Program-made: the position numbers and the translations under genes
Assembly: GCA_018667355.1 (NCBI GenBank)
Contig: JABIVC010000009.1
Location: forward strand, 18,665 to 82,664
Source: Gammaproteobacteria bacterium
GTDB taxonomy: Bacteria > Pseudomonadota > Gammaproteobacteria > GCA-002705445 > GCA-002716945
DNA length: 64,000 nt
Direction of reading: 5' to 3'
Shown: piece after piece, positions 29,924 to 39,657 of the stretch
Position numbering within the stretch: position 1 is the stretch's first letter
Layout: each line of letters starts with the position of its first letter
Notes under the pieces: model-generated
Seen by the model: the letters and a program-made list of their open reading frames with translations, nothing else
Told to the model about the DNA's origin: nothing
Database searches by the model: none

Positions 29924-30872
29924 AAATGAAGAAGACATTATTGATTATATTAAATCAAATATTAATACAACCTCGAAGAATGTTGTAAGGAGTATAGGTG
30001 ATGATTGTGCAGTAATAAAGATATCTGCGCAAAAGTACCATGTTATTACAACAGATACATCATTGTTAGGACCTCATTTTACAAAAGATTACACAGCTTA
30101 CGAGATAGGATATAAATCTTTAGCTACCAATATAAGCGATATAGCTGCGATGGGTTGTATACCTAAGTATATATTCATGGCTATTACTTTACCAAAACTT
30201 GAATCTAACTGGATTAAATCTTTCTATAGAGGTATTAAGGACCTCACAGATAAGTATGATATTTCATTAATAGGTGGTGATACTAATCGGGGCCCTCTTA
30301 GTGTTTCTATCCAGGTGATAGGGGAAAATAAATCAAAGGTACTTTATAGAGATGGTGCGAAAAATGGTGATTATATTTATATAACTGGAAAGGTAGGATG
30401 CGCTAGAGCAGCCTTAATGATTTCTAATAAAAAAAAGTATAAGAGTGAGTTTAAGGTATTAAAGAAATATTTATATATGCCCGAACCAAGAATAAATATT
30501 GGAACTAATATATCAAATTTTGCCACTAGCTGCATTGATATATCTGATGGGATTTCAAAAGATTTAAACAATATAATCAAGAGTAGTAAATGTGGAGCTG
30601 ATATATTTCTTGATAAGATTCCTACTCATAAATTAGTTAAAAAAGTTATATCATCAAAAAACTATTATGAGGCACTTATTGGAGGAGGAGAGGACTACGA
30701 ACTTTGTTTTACTGCAAATAAAAAATATACCAAGCATATTGATAGGATATCAAAGAAATTATCAGTTCCTATCACTAAAATAGGAGTGATTACAAAAAAT
30801 AAATTAAATTATTTTGATAATGGCGTCAATGTTGATGTTAATTTGAAAGGGTTTGATCATTTTTCAGACTAG
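29916..30872 (+). CDS. thiL: Thiamine-phosphate kinase
   Basis: IGDDCA, NISDIAAMG, GGDT, DISDG and GGEDYELCFT. Confidence 0.96.
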   Translation: MIKNEEDIIDYIKSNINTTSKNVVRSIGDDCAVIKISAQKYHVITTDTSLLGPHFTKDYTAYEIGYKSLATNISDIAAMGCIPKYIFMAITLPKLESNWIKSFYRGIKDLTDKYDISLIGGDTNRGPLSVSIQVIGENKSKVLYRDGAKNGDYIYITGKVGCARAALMISNKKKYKSEFKVLKKYLYMPEPRINIGTNISNFATSCIDISDGISKDLNNIIKSSKCGADIFLDKIPTHKLVKKVISSKNYYEALIGGGEDYELCFTANKKYTKHIDRISKKLSVPITKIGVITKNKLNYFDNGVNVDVNLKGFDHFSD

Positions 30873-30876
30873 TCTT

Positions 30877-31452
30877 TTATATTTCATAATTAAGCTTTTC
30901 TAGATATCTTAGAAGCCTTATAAGTGGTAGGCCAACTATTGATGTTGGATCCTCACCTGATGTTTTTTCTACTAAACTTATTGCTAAGCCTTCAATACGT
31001 ATACTAGCGGCACAATTCAGCATGTCTTCTTTCTTTATATAATTATCTATAATCTTTTTAGATAATTTTTTCATTTTTATATCATAATTTACTACAGATG
31101 CAAATTTTTTCATTGTATTTGTATCAATGACACATATTCCTGTCTTGAATACTATTTTTTTCCCTGAAATGAATTTAAGTTGTTCTTGCGCAACTTTCTT
31201 GCTCAACGGTTTCCCTAGTATTTTATTATCAACAACAGCAATTTCATCAGACCCTATTACTATCGAATTTTTCTTTAATACTGCTATTTTCATAGCCTTT
31301 TCAATAGATAATCTTCTAACAAATTTATTAACGGGTTCATTCTTGATTCTTGATTCATCAATATCTGGAGAAATAGCTGTGAATTTTAATTTTATCTGCT
31401 TTAATAGCTTTTTTCGATGGATTGAACTTGATGCTAGTATTATTTTTCTCAT
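30877..31452 (-). CDS. maf: Maf-family nucleotide pyrophosphatase (YceF-like by position)
   Basis: IILASSS, PDIDES, GSD, ILGKP and GLPL; divergent from rpmF. Confidence 0.92.
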   Translation of the reverse strand: MRKIILASSSIHRKKLLKQIKLKFTAISPDIDESRIKNEPVNKFVRRLSIEKAMKIAVLKKNSIVIGSDEIAVVDNKILGKPLSKKVAQEQLKFISGKKIVFKTGICVIDTNTMKKFASVVNYDIKMKKLSKKIIDNYIKKEDMLNCAASIRIEGLAISLVEKTSGEDPTSIVGLPLIRLLRYLEKLNYEI

Positions 31453-31565
31453 ATAGTTAAATTATATATTAGATTTTTGACACATTGATATTATCAGAAA
31501 GATTAGTAATTTTAAATTATATATGTCTATTTTGTAAAAAAGTAAGCAAATAAAGCAGATATAAA

Positions 31566-31594
31566 TTGCTTGCTAGGGATTTATTGCTTAGAAT
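31566..31594 (+). promoter_or_regulatory. Putative sigma70 promoter of rpmF-plsX-fabH
   Basis: TTGCTT (31566-31571), 17-nt spacer, TAGAAT (31589-31594). Confidence 0.55.
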
Positions 31595-31630
31595 AGCGTA
31601 TATTTTATAACAAACAGACGGTATTAAGTC

Positions 31631-31837
31631 ATGGCAGTTCAAAAAAGTAGAAAATCTAAATCTAAAAAAGGTATGAGGAGATCTCATCATGGTTTATCGG
31701 GACCATCTATGTCTGTAGATAAAACTACTGGTGTTAGGCATTTAAGACATCATATTGCTAAAGATGGTTACTATATGGGTAAAGAAATTATTACCCCTAA
31801 GGTAAAGAAAGAGAAGCAAGAAGAGTCGCAAACATAG
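31631..31837 (+). CDS. rpmF: 50S ribosomal protein L32, zinc-free type
   Basis: [24 protein letters not shown] and GYY; no cysteines. Confidence 0.96.
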   Translation: MAVQKSRKSKSKKGMRRSHHGLSGPSMSVDKTTGVRHLRHHIAKDGYYMGKEIITPKVKKEKQEESQT

Positions 31838-31862
31838 TAAAATCTTAGTAAACTAAACCATA

Positions 31863-32885
31863 ATGCAACAAAAAATTACCATAGCATTGGACATGATGAG
31901 TGGAGATCATGGCTTATCTGCCTCTGTACCAGCAGCAATAGAATCGTTAAAGAATCATAATGACTTGTTCCTTATACTCGTAGGTGATGCGCAACTAATT
32001 CAACCTTTAATCCCCAAAGATTTTAAAGATTTACAGAATCAAAGGTACAGTATAATTCATACAGATCAATTCATTGCCATGGATGATGAAGTAATTACAG
32101 CAATAAGATCTAAAAAAAAATCATCGATGAGACTTGGAATTAATGCTGTTAAAAACAAAGAAGCGGAAGCATGTGTGAGCGCAGGAAATACCGGTGCACT
32201 TATGGCATTATCAAAAATAATTTTAAAAATGATTCCTGGTATCGATAGGCCTGCCATATGCGGCTCTTTGCCAACTAAAAATGGACAATGCTATATTTTA
32301 GATCTTGGCGCAAATATTGAATGTGATGCAAAACATCTATATCAGTTTTCTATTCTTGGATCTGCTCTAGTCCAGTCGCTAGAGATTAGTGAAAAACCAA
32401 TTATTGGTTTATTGAATGTAGGGTCTGAAGAGTTCAAGGGTAATAATACAATAAAAGAAGCTGGACAAATCTTGCAAGAATCAAATCTGAACTATGCTGG
32501 TTTTATCGAAGGTGATGAAATGTTTAATGGTAACCATGATGTTATTGTTTCAGATGGGTTTGCTGGAAATATAGCTTTAAAAAGTATTGAGGGTGTCGCA
32601 CAACTAATTAGTCATTTTATACGAACTGAATTTAATAAATCATTGCTAACTAAAATTTCAGCAATTTTGAGCTATCCTGTTATGAAAGCGGTTAAAAAGA
32701 AAGTCGATCCTAGGAAATATAATGGAGCAAGTCTTTTGGGACTCCAAGGTGTGGTCGTCAAAAGTCATGGTGGAGCAGATGCATATGCATTTAGCCAGGC
32801 TATAGATACTGCATATTTTGAAGTGAAAAATCAAATACTTGATAAAATTGAATCATTAGTTCAATCTGAGGGTTCTTATGAGTGA
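31863..32885 (+). CDS. plsX: Phosphate acyltransferase PlsX
   Basis: ALDMMSGD, SAGNTGA, IDRPA, DLGAN, DGFAGN and KSHG. Confidence 0.97.
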   Translation: MQQKITIALDMMSGDHGLSASVPAAIESLKNHNDLFLILVGDAQLIQPLIPKDFKDLQNQRYSIIHTDQFIAMDDEVITAIRSKKKSSMRLGINAVKNKEAEACVSAGNTGALMALSKIILKMIPGIDRPAICGSLPTKNGQCYILDLGANIECDAKHLYQFSILGSALVQSLEISEKPIIGLLNVGSEEFKGNNTIKEAGQILQESNLNYAGFIEGDEMFNGNHDVIVSDGFAGNIALKSIEGVAQLISHFIRTEFNKSLLTKISAILSYPVMKAVKKKVDPRKYNGASLLGLQGVVVKSHGGADAYAFSQAIDTAYFEVKNQILDKIESLVQSEGSYE

Positions 32886-33819
32886 TCTATATTCAAAAAT
32901 TATTAGCTGTGGTAGTTATCTACCAGAAAAAGTATTAACTAATCATGATTTAGCAGAAATAGTTGATACTAGTCATGATTGGATTTATGAAAGAACAGGA
33001 ATCGTCCAAAGACATATTGCAGCTGAAAATGAATCATCTGTTGATATGGCCTATAATGCATCTTTGAAAGCAATGTCTTTGGCAGAATTAAGACCAGATG
33101 ATATTGATATGATTATTGTTGCAACAGCTACACCAGAAAGAAAGTTTCCGAGCACAGCTGTTCTTTTACAAAACAGTTTGAAAATTGAAAAAGCATTTGC
33201 CTTTGATGTCAATGCTGCATGCACTGGTTTTGTATATGCTCTAGATGTTGCTGATAAATATATACAGACAAAAATAGCCAAAAATATATTAATAGTAGGC
33301 ACAGAAAAAATGAGTTCCTTGTTAGATTGGAAAGATAGAAATACCTGTGTATTATTTGGCGATGGTGCTGGAGCAATTATATTGTCTGAATCAAATAAAC
33401 AAGGAATCTTATCAACTAGTATTGGCTCTAATGGTGCATATAAAGATTTATTAACGGTTAATATTGATTCTGAATTTATTGAAATGAAAGGTAATGATGT
33501 ATTTAAAATTGCTGTAAAAACAATGGGTAAGTTAGCTATGTCAACATTACAAAAAAATAATATTGATATTGATGAAATTGATTGGTTAATACCACATCAA
33601 GCTAATAGTAGAATTATAAATGCTATTGCTAAAAAAATATCTTTGCCAAGGGAAAAAATTGTATTAACAGTAGACAGGCATGGTAACACATCCGCGGCAT
33701 CAATCCCGTTAGCGTTTGATGATGCATATCATAATGGTTCTTTAAGAGAAGGTGATTTAATAATGCTGGAAGCGTTTGGAGCTGGGTTTACTTGGGGTTC
33801 GGCTTTACTTAAATTTTAA
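32878..33819 (+). CDS. fabH: Beta-ketoacyl-ACP synthase III
   Basis: Catalytic triad motifs AAC(T)GF, PHQAN and GNTSAAS; GAGFTWG. Confidence 0.97.
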   Translation: MSDLYSKIISCGSYLPEKVLTNHDLAEIVDTSHDWIYERTGIVQRHIAAENESSVDMAYNASLKAMSLAELRPDDIDMIIVATATPERKFPSTAVLLQNSLKIEKAFAFDVNAACTGFVYALDVADKYIQTKIAKNILIVGTEKMSSLLDWKDRNTCVLFGDGAGAIILSESNKQGILSTSIGSNGAYKDLLTVNIDSEFIEMKGNDVFKIAVKTMGKLAMSTLQKNNIDIDEIDWLIPHQANSRIINAIAKKISLPREKIVLTVDRHGNTSAASIPLAFDDAYHNGSLREGDLIMLEAFGAGFTWGSALLKF

Positions 33820-33820
33820 A

Positions 33821-34420
33821 ATGTTAGACCTACTAAATTCATGCAAAAAATGCTGTAGAATTTCAGAATACCTTTTTGATTTAAAAAAAAAATATAAAGA
33901 TTATTATAATAAACCTGTTAAAGGTTCTGGGTCTATAGATTCTACCATATGTATTGTTGGTCTAGCACCAGGCTTACATGGAGCAAATAAGACTGGCAAA
34001 GTTTTCACAGGAGATTTTTCCGGAGATATTTTAAATAGTTGTCTTAGGTCAATTGGTTTTAAAGATCCAACAAGCAAAGATTTCCCATATATTACTAATG
34101 CAGTTAAATGTTGCCCACCTGATAATAAGCCAAAATATTATGAAATAAAGAATTGTTTGGGATATTTAAAAAGTGAAATTTTAAGCATGAAAAAATTAAA
34201 AGTTATCATAGCACTTGGTAAAATATCACATCTATCCATTTTAAAATCTTTCGACATGGCATCTTCTAAATATGTGTTTGAGCATGGTAAAATACATGAC
34301 CTATTAAATGATGTAATCTTAATTGATTCTTACCACTGCAGTAAACTTAACATAAACACCAAAAGAGTAACTCGTAAAATGATAAAAGATATTCTATTTA
34401 GAGCAAAAAATGTCAATTAA
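33821..34420 (+). CDS. Uracil-DNA glycosylase, family 5 (UdgB-like, Fe-S type)
   Basis: C-x-x-C, GLAPGLHGANKTGKVFTGD and NAVKCCPPDNKP. Start moved to ATG 33821, just after the fabH stop. Confidence 0.85.
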   Translation: MLDLLNSCKKCCRISEYLFDLKKKYKDYYNKPVKGSGSIDSTICIVGLAPGLHGANKTGKVFTGDFSGDILNSCLRSIGFKDPTSKDFPYITNAVKCCPPDNKPKYYEIKNCLGYLKSEILSMKKLKVIIALGKISHLSILKSFDMASSKYVFEHGKIHDLLNDVILIDSYHCSKLNINTKRVTRKMIKDILFRAKNVN

Positions 34421-36224
34421 AATAATGATTGCTGATTTAGTTAAAAACTTAACAAGTAGACCTGGAATATATAAATTTTTGGATACTAACTCTAAAATTA
34501 TATATATTGGTAAAGCTTTAAATCTAAAAAAACGAGTTTCATCTTATTTTAATAAATCAGTCAATAATATCAAAACTACAAAACTAGTTGAACATATAGC
34601 TAATATTGAAGTCATAATTACCGAAAATGAAGAAGAAGCGCTAATACTTGAAAATACACTTATCAAAGAGTACAAACCTAAGTACAATATTCTTTTGAGA
34701 GATGACAAAACATATCCTTATATATATATTGATAAAACTCATGACTACCCATCTATAAAGTTTTTTAGAGGACAGAAAAATAAAAACAAAGGTTTTTTTT
34801 TCGGTCCATATACTCAAGTTGCCCATGTTAGATATATGTTAAATCTCACACAAAAAATATTTAAAATTAGGGCTTGTGAAGATGCATATTTCAAAAATCG
34901 TACCAAACCTTGTCTCCAACATCAGATTAATCGTTGTGATGCACCTTGTGTAGATTTAATTAGTAAAGAAAATTATGCGCAGGCTATTAAGAACACTATT
35001 CTTTTTTTACAAGGTAAGAATGATTCACTTTTAAATAGCTACAATGAAAAAATGTTAGAATATTCATCTAACCAAGAATTTGAGGAAGCATCATCTATGC
35101 GAGATAAAATATCTATGATTAGAAGTTTAACTAAATCAAAGAATATTATTAATAATCAAAATGAATTAGATATTATTACTATCAGTAATTCTGGAGAATA
35201 TCATTGTATCGATGTATTTCTTGTAAGAGATGGAGTTAATCTTGGTAACAAGAAATTTGAGTTTAAAAATATTAATGATACCTCCGAATCCATCTTAAAC
35301 TCATTCTTTAAACAATATTATTTTAATAATATTCCACCAGGGAAAATTATAATACCAAGTAAAATAAATGATTCTGCTTTATTATTAAAGATATTATCTA
35401 AAAAATATAACAAGATGGTTAATTTAATCAGTAATAAAAGAAAACCATATTCAATATGGTCTAGAATATGTCAAACAAATACCGATGATCGATTAAAACT
35501 CTTATTAAGATCTAAATCAAAAGATGACATATTGGCTTCAATAAATACTGATTTAAATAATACAGTACTTATTGAAAATGCAATTTGTTTTGATGTAAGT
35601 CATCTAGGGGGCTCTAATACCCAAGGTTCATGTGTATGGTTTACAAAAAATGGTCCAGAAAAAAATCTTTACAGAAGATATAATATTACTGATGTTAAAA
35701 AATCTGATGACTATGGAGCAATGAGATTTATTTTACAAAAACGTTTAAAAAAGCTAAAGGAAGAAAGAATATTGCCCGAGTTAATTATTGTTGATGGCGG
35801 GAAAGGGCAAATAAGTCAGGCTAAAGATATATTGAAAGAGCTTGATATATCAACAACCATAATTCTGGGTGTAGTCAAAGGTCATAAACGTAGGACAGAT
35901 AATGATAGAATATTAGATATAAACTTTAATGATATTACTTTAACTTTATCTGCTGATACAATTATGCGCATACAGCAGATGCGAGATGAAGCTCATAGAT
36001 TTGCGATTATGGGGCAAAGAAAGAAATCTAATAATAAACAATATAATTCTAAGCTAGACTCTATTCCAGGAATAGGTAAAATTAAAAAAATAGAGTTATT
36101 GAAATATTTTGGAGGGATACAGGGGGTTATGAAATCATCTATTGAAGATTTAACAAAGGTACCAGGAATAAGCACACACTTAGCTGATATAATTTATAAT
36201 CACTTGCATAGTAATGAAGTTTAA
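34410..36224 (+). CDS. uvrC: Excinuclease ABC subunit C
   Basis: GIY-YIG (PGIY...YIGKA), LRDDKTYP, FDVSH, DGGKGQ, RDEAHRFA and C-terminal HhH repeats. Confidence 0.97.
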   Translation: MSIKIMIADLVKNLTSRPGIYKFLDTNSKIIYIGKALNLKKRVSSYFNKSVNNIKTTKLVEHIANIEVIITENEEEALILENTLIKEYKPKYNILLRDDKTYPYIYIDKTHDYPSIKFFRGQKNKNKGFFFGPYTQVAHVRYMLNLTQKIFKIRACEDAYFKNRTKPCLQHQINRCDAPCVDLISKENYAQAIKNTILFLQGKNDSLLNSYNEKMLEYSSNQEFEEASSMRDKISMIRSLTKSKNIINNQNELDIITISNSGEYHCIDVFLVRDGVNLGNKKFEFKNINDTSESILNSFFKQYYFNNIPPGKIIIPSKINDSALLLKILSKKYNKMVNLISNKRKPYSIWSRICQTNTDDRLKLLLRSKSKDDILASINTDLNNTVLIENAICFDVSHLGGSNTQGSCVWFTKNGPEKNLYRRYNITDVKKSDDYGAMRFILQKRLKKLKEERILPELIIVDGGKGQISQAKDILKELDISTTIILGVVKGHKRRTDNDRILDINFNDITLTLSADTIMRIQQMRDEAHRFAIMGQRKKSNNKQYNSKLDSIPGIGKIKKIELLKYFGGIQGVMKSSIEDLTKVPGISTHLADIIYNHLHSNEV

Positions 36225-36768
36225 TATACCAAATTCTTTGACTTTAGTAAGAATATTACTCATCCCAATAATAGTATGCTTATTTCTTTTAAGCCCTCAA
36301 GGATATCGGACTATAATATTTTCTCTATTTCTTTTAGCAACGATTACAGATTATTTAGATGGATTTTTTGCAAGATATATGAAACAAGTTACTAATTTCG
36401 GTACATTTTTAGACCCTGTTGCAGACAAACTTCTGGTAATAATTACCTTGATACTTTTAATCACAGAAAACCAAGATATTTTTTTCCTTGTACCTGTTTT
36501 GATTATTATTACTCGTGAGTTCCTGGTTATAGCTATAAGGCAAAGATTAGCTGAAGCAGGTGATAATATAAAACTAAGTGTTTTATTTATCTCTAAGATT
36601 AAGACTGCAATTCAATTAATATCTTTGTTACTCTTATTATATAAATTTCCTCTGCTTGGAATTGATATTTATCAGTTAGGTATACATTTATTGCAGATCG
36701 CATCTTTATTAACATTGATATCTTTTTTTTATTATGTTAAAAAGTCCTGGAATGTTATTATTAAGTAA
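36214..36768 (+). CDS. pgsA: CDP-diacylglycerol--glycerol-3-phosphate 3-phosphatidyltransferase
   Basis: NIPNSLT-x-x-R and D-x-LDG-x-x-AR...G-x-FLDPVADK. Confidence 0.96.
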   Translation: MKFNIPNSLTLVRILLIPIIVCLFLLSPQGYRTIIFSLFLLATITDYLDGFFARYMKQVTNFGTFLDPVADKLLVIITLILLITENQDIFFLVPVLIIITREFLVIAIRQRLAEAGDNIKLSVLFISKIKTAIQLISLLLLLYKFPLLGIDIYQLGIHLLQIASLLTLISFFYYVKKSWNVIIK

Positions 36769-36788
36769 GTCGTAACGTTTTGAATTAA

Positions 36789-36861
36789 GCGAGAATAGCT
36801 CAGTTGATAGAGCGCAACCTTGCCAAGGTTGAGGTCGCGGGTTTGAGCCCCGTTTCTCGCT
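36789..36861 (+). tRNA. tRNA-Gly(GCC) with A19/U56
   Basis: Cloverleaf GCGAGAA/TTCTCGC, anticodon loop TTGCCAA, U73; no encoded CCA. Confidence 0.96.
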
Positions 36862-36868
36862 CATTAAT

Positions 36869-36939
36869 GGCTAAGTGGCAGAGTGGTCATGCAGCGGCCT
36901 GCAAAGCCGTCAACGCCGGTTCGATTCCGACCTTAGCCT
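36869..36939 (+). tRNA. tRNA-Cys(GCA)
   Basis: GGCTAAG/CTTAGCC acceptor, anticodon loop CTGCAAA, GGTTCGATTCC T-arm, U73. Confidence 0.96.
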
Positions 36940-37021
36940 TAAATTACTACAGTACTCATATTCGGTGACAACCACCTAACAATATGGTACATTCTAATCT
37001 TCGAAATCTATGATTACCATA

Positions 37022-37105
37022 GCCCGGGTGGCGGAATTGGTAGACGCAAGGGACTTAAAATCCCTCGAGGGCAACCTCGTGCCGGTTCGACTCCGGCCCT
37101 GGGCA
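37022..37105 (+). tRNA. tRNA-Leu(TAA)
   Basis: GCCCGGG/CCTGGGC acceptor, anticodon loop CTTAAAA, long variable arm, A73. Confidence 0.96.
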
Positions 37106-37110
37106 AAATT

Positions 37111-37908
37111 ATGAATAAAATAATATTTATATCATTAACATTAATTATTACAGGATGTGCTAAAAGTATAGTAAACCCTTTAACAGGATTAATTATGCCC
37201 GAGTATAATGCGGATTCGGTCAATGCAAATGATTATGGTGCTTACCCAAAAGATTATCAGAAAATTCTAAAAGATTACTTGCAGAATAAGTTAATTAACC
37301 ATGAAGACGCTAAAGTAGAATTTATTAACAAACCAGTTAAGAAGTCAATATCCCAAGCTAGTAATATTTATACAGGATACAGATTATGTTTGTCAATTAA
37401 TTCGAAAAATAGAAAATCAGTTTATACTGGTTTCAAAACACATTTATTTGTCATAAATGATTCCAAAATAATCTTACACCTTTATGATAGTGGCTTATTA
37501 AAGATACCTTTCAACCTTTGTGTGGATAGAAAAGAATCAGATGGTATGTATCTAAATGAAATACCTGATAAAATAGAAGATATTCTTCTTGAGGAAATGG
37601 ATGAAATTGATCTAAATAAAAGATCTAATCAGTCTATCAAAAGTAAAACGAACACATATATACTCTGCAAGGTTAATGGAGTAGAGCGGACTCTATATTT
37701 CAATGAATACAATAAGTTATTCGTAGAATCATCTGGCATCAATGAAATTGAATTAAGTGATGTTGAGTTTTCAACTACACATATACTTGGGTCTAATGGC
37801 ACCGAGGAAATTCTAATCAATAGAGTTTCAGGGTCAATTATAATTACTCAATCTAATACAAAGCCTTCAGAAGGAATGTGTGAATTATTTGATAATAAAA
37901 AATTCTAA
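37111..37908 (+). CDS. Putative lipoprotein
   Basis: Signal peptide with lipobox IITGC. YG-x-YP-x-DY and N-x-KN-x-x-x-x-YTG resemble a widespread uncharacterised lipoprotein family. Confidence 0.75.
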   Translation: MNKIIFISLTLIITGCAKSIVNPLTGLIMPEYNADSVNANDYGAYPKDYQKILKDYLQNKLINHEDAKVEFINKPVKKSISQASNIYTGYRLCLSINSKNRKSVYTGFKTHLFVINDSKIILHLYDSGLLKIPFNLCVDRKESDGMYLNEIPDKIEDILLEEMDEIDLNKRSNQSIKSKTNTYILCKVNGVERTLYFNEYNKLFVESSGINEIELSDVEFSTTHILGSNGTEEILINRVSGSIIITQSNTKPSEGMCELFDNKKF

Positions 37909-37977
37909 CTTGATATTCGACTTTTCTTGAATATCAAATGAATACAGATTATAGTAATTATTCATTCGGGGTTAATT

Positions 37978-39651
37978 ATGAAAAGTGATATTGAAATAGC
38001 TCAAGCAGCAGAATTAGAAAAAATATCGTCTATAGCTAAAAAGTTAGATATTCCAGAAGATTCATTGGAGCCATATGGTCATTACAAAGCTAAAATCTCA
38101 TTAGATTTTCTAAAATCACTAGATGATAAAAGAGATGGGAAGTTAATTCTAGTAACTGCTATTAGCCCTACGCCAGCAGGAGAGGGTAAGACGACCACAT
38201 CTGTTGGACTTGGCGATGCGCTTAATCAAATTGGGAAAAAAGCACTTATAACGATTAGAGAGCCTTCTTTAGGTCCTGTATTTGGTATGAAAGGTGGAGC
38301 GGCTGGTGGAGGAATGGCTCAGGTTATTCCTATGGAAGACATCAATCTTCATTTCACTGGTGATTTTAATGCAATACAGTTAGCTAATAATTTATTGTCA
38401 GCAATGCTTGATAATCACATACATCATGGGAATAAACTAAATATTGATGTTAGAAGAGTAACCTGGAAAAGAGTGCTCGATATGAATGATAGGGCCTTAA
38501 GAAAAACTGTCTGTTCGCTAGGTTCCATCGGAAATGGTTACCCTAGGGAAGATGGGTTTGATATTGTTGTTGCATCAGAAGTTATGGCAATCTTCTGTTT
38601 GGCAACATCACTAGCAGATTTAAAGGAAAGACTGGGTGATATTGTGATCGCTTATACAAGAGATAGAGAACCTATTCTAGCAAGACAGATAAATGCTCAT
38701 GGAGCAATGACGGTATTACTTAAAGATGCTGTAATGCCGAATCTGGTTCAAACACTTGAAAATAATCCTGCAATAATTCATGGAGGACCATTTGCAAATA
38801 TTGCACACGGTTGTAATTCCGTTATTGCAACAAAAGCATCTCTTAAGTTAGCAGATTATGTTGTAACAGAAGCAGGTTTTGGAGCAGATTTAGGTGCTGA
38901 GAAATTTTTGGATATAAAATGTAGAAAAGCAGGCTTGACACCTTCAGTTGTTGTATTAGTTGCAACTATTAGAGCATTAAAATATCATGGCGGTTGCTCT
39001 AAAGAAGAGTTTTCAGTTGAAGGCTGTGATTATCTAAAAAAAGGTCTTGTTAATCTAGAACGACATGTCAAAAATTTAAAAAAACATTACGGCTTACCAG
39101 TGGTTGTGGGTATAAATGGTTTTGCTAGTGATACAGATGCTGAAAGAAAAATATTGCAAGATAAATCAGACGAACTTGATGTTCCAATAGTTTCATCAAC
39201 ACATCACGCAAATGGTGGAGACGGAGCAAAAGAACTAGCAGAAACTGTTGTCAAAGTGATAGATGAGGTAGAAAATAAATTTAAATTTTTATATGAAGAT
39301 GACTTAGATTTATGGTCTAAAATGGAAACAATTGCACAAAAGATTTATGGTGCATCAGGAATATCTGCTCCTGCAAATATTAAGAAACAGATTGATGATT
39401 TACAGAAGAATGGTTATGGAAAATATCCTGTCTGTGTCGCAAAAACACAATATTCTTTCTCAACAGACCCTACTCTCAGAGGTGCTCCATCAGGGCATGA
39501 AATCACCATAAGGGAAGTCAGATTAGCTGCTGGTGCTGAATTTATTGTTATGGTGTGTGGTGATATTATGACAATGCCAGGTCTCCCAAAAATACCGGCT
39601 GCAGAAAAGATTGATCTTGATGATGACGGGAATATAATCGGTCTGTTTTAA
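37978..39651 (+). CDS. fhs: Formate--tetrahydrofolate ligase
   Basis: [42 protein letters not shown] and MTMPGLP. Confidence 0.98.
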   Translation: MKSDIEIAQAAELEKISSIAKKLDIPEDSLEPYGHYKAKISLDFLKSLDDKRDGKLILVTAISPTPAGEGKTTTSVGLGDALNQIGKKALITIREPSLGPVFGMKGGAAGGGMAQVIPMEDINLHFTGDFNAIQLANNLLSAMLDNHIHHGNKLNIDVRRVTWKRVLDMNDRALRKTVCSLGSIGNGYPREDGFDIVVASEVMAIFCLATSLADLKERLGDIVIAYTRDREPILARQINAHGAMTVLLKDAVMPNLVQTLENNPAIIHGGPFANIAHGCNSVIATKASLKLADYVVTEAGFGADLGAEKFLDIKCRKAGLTPSVVVLVATIRALKYHGGCSKEEFSVEGCDYLKKGLVNLERHVKNLKKHYGLPVVVGINGFASDTDAERKILQDKSDELDVPIVSSTHHANGGDGAKELAETVVKVIDEVENKFKFLYEDDLDLWSKMETIAQKIYGASGISAPANIKKQIDDLQKNGYGKYPVCVAKTQYSFSTDPTLRGAPSGHEITIREVRLAAGAEFIVMVCGDIMTMPGLPKIPAAEKIDLDDDGNIIGLF

Positions 39652-39657
39652 ACGGCG

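Noticed and set aside
31543-31590. Nested inverted repeats upstream of rpmF as a possible ribosomal-protein leader RNA
   Set aside because: The region coincides with the predicted TTGCTT-17-TAGAAT promoter, so it would mostly lie upstream of the transcript.
33883-33892. A10 run in the UDG gene, and other A/T runs of 8-9, as phase-variation sites
   Set aside because: The frames are intact and such runs are expected at this AT content; no long G/C tracts or simple repeats were seen in the glycan locus.
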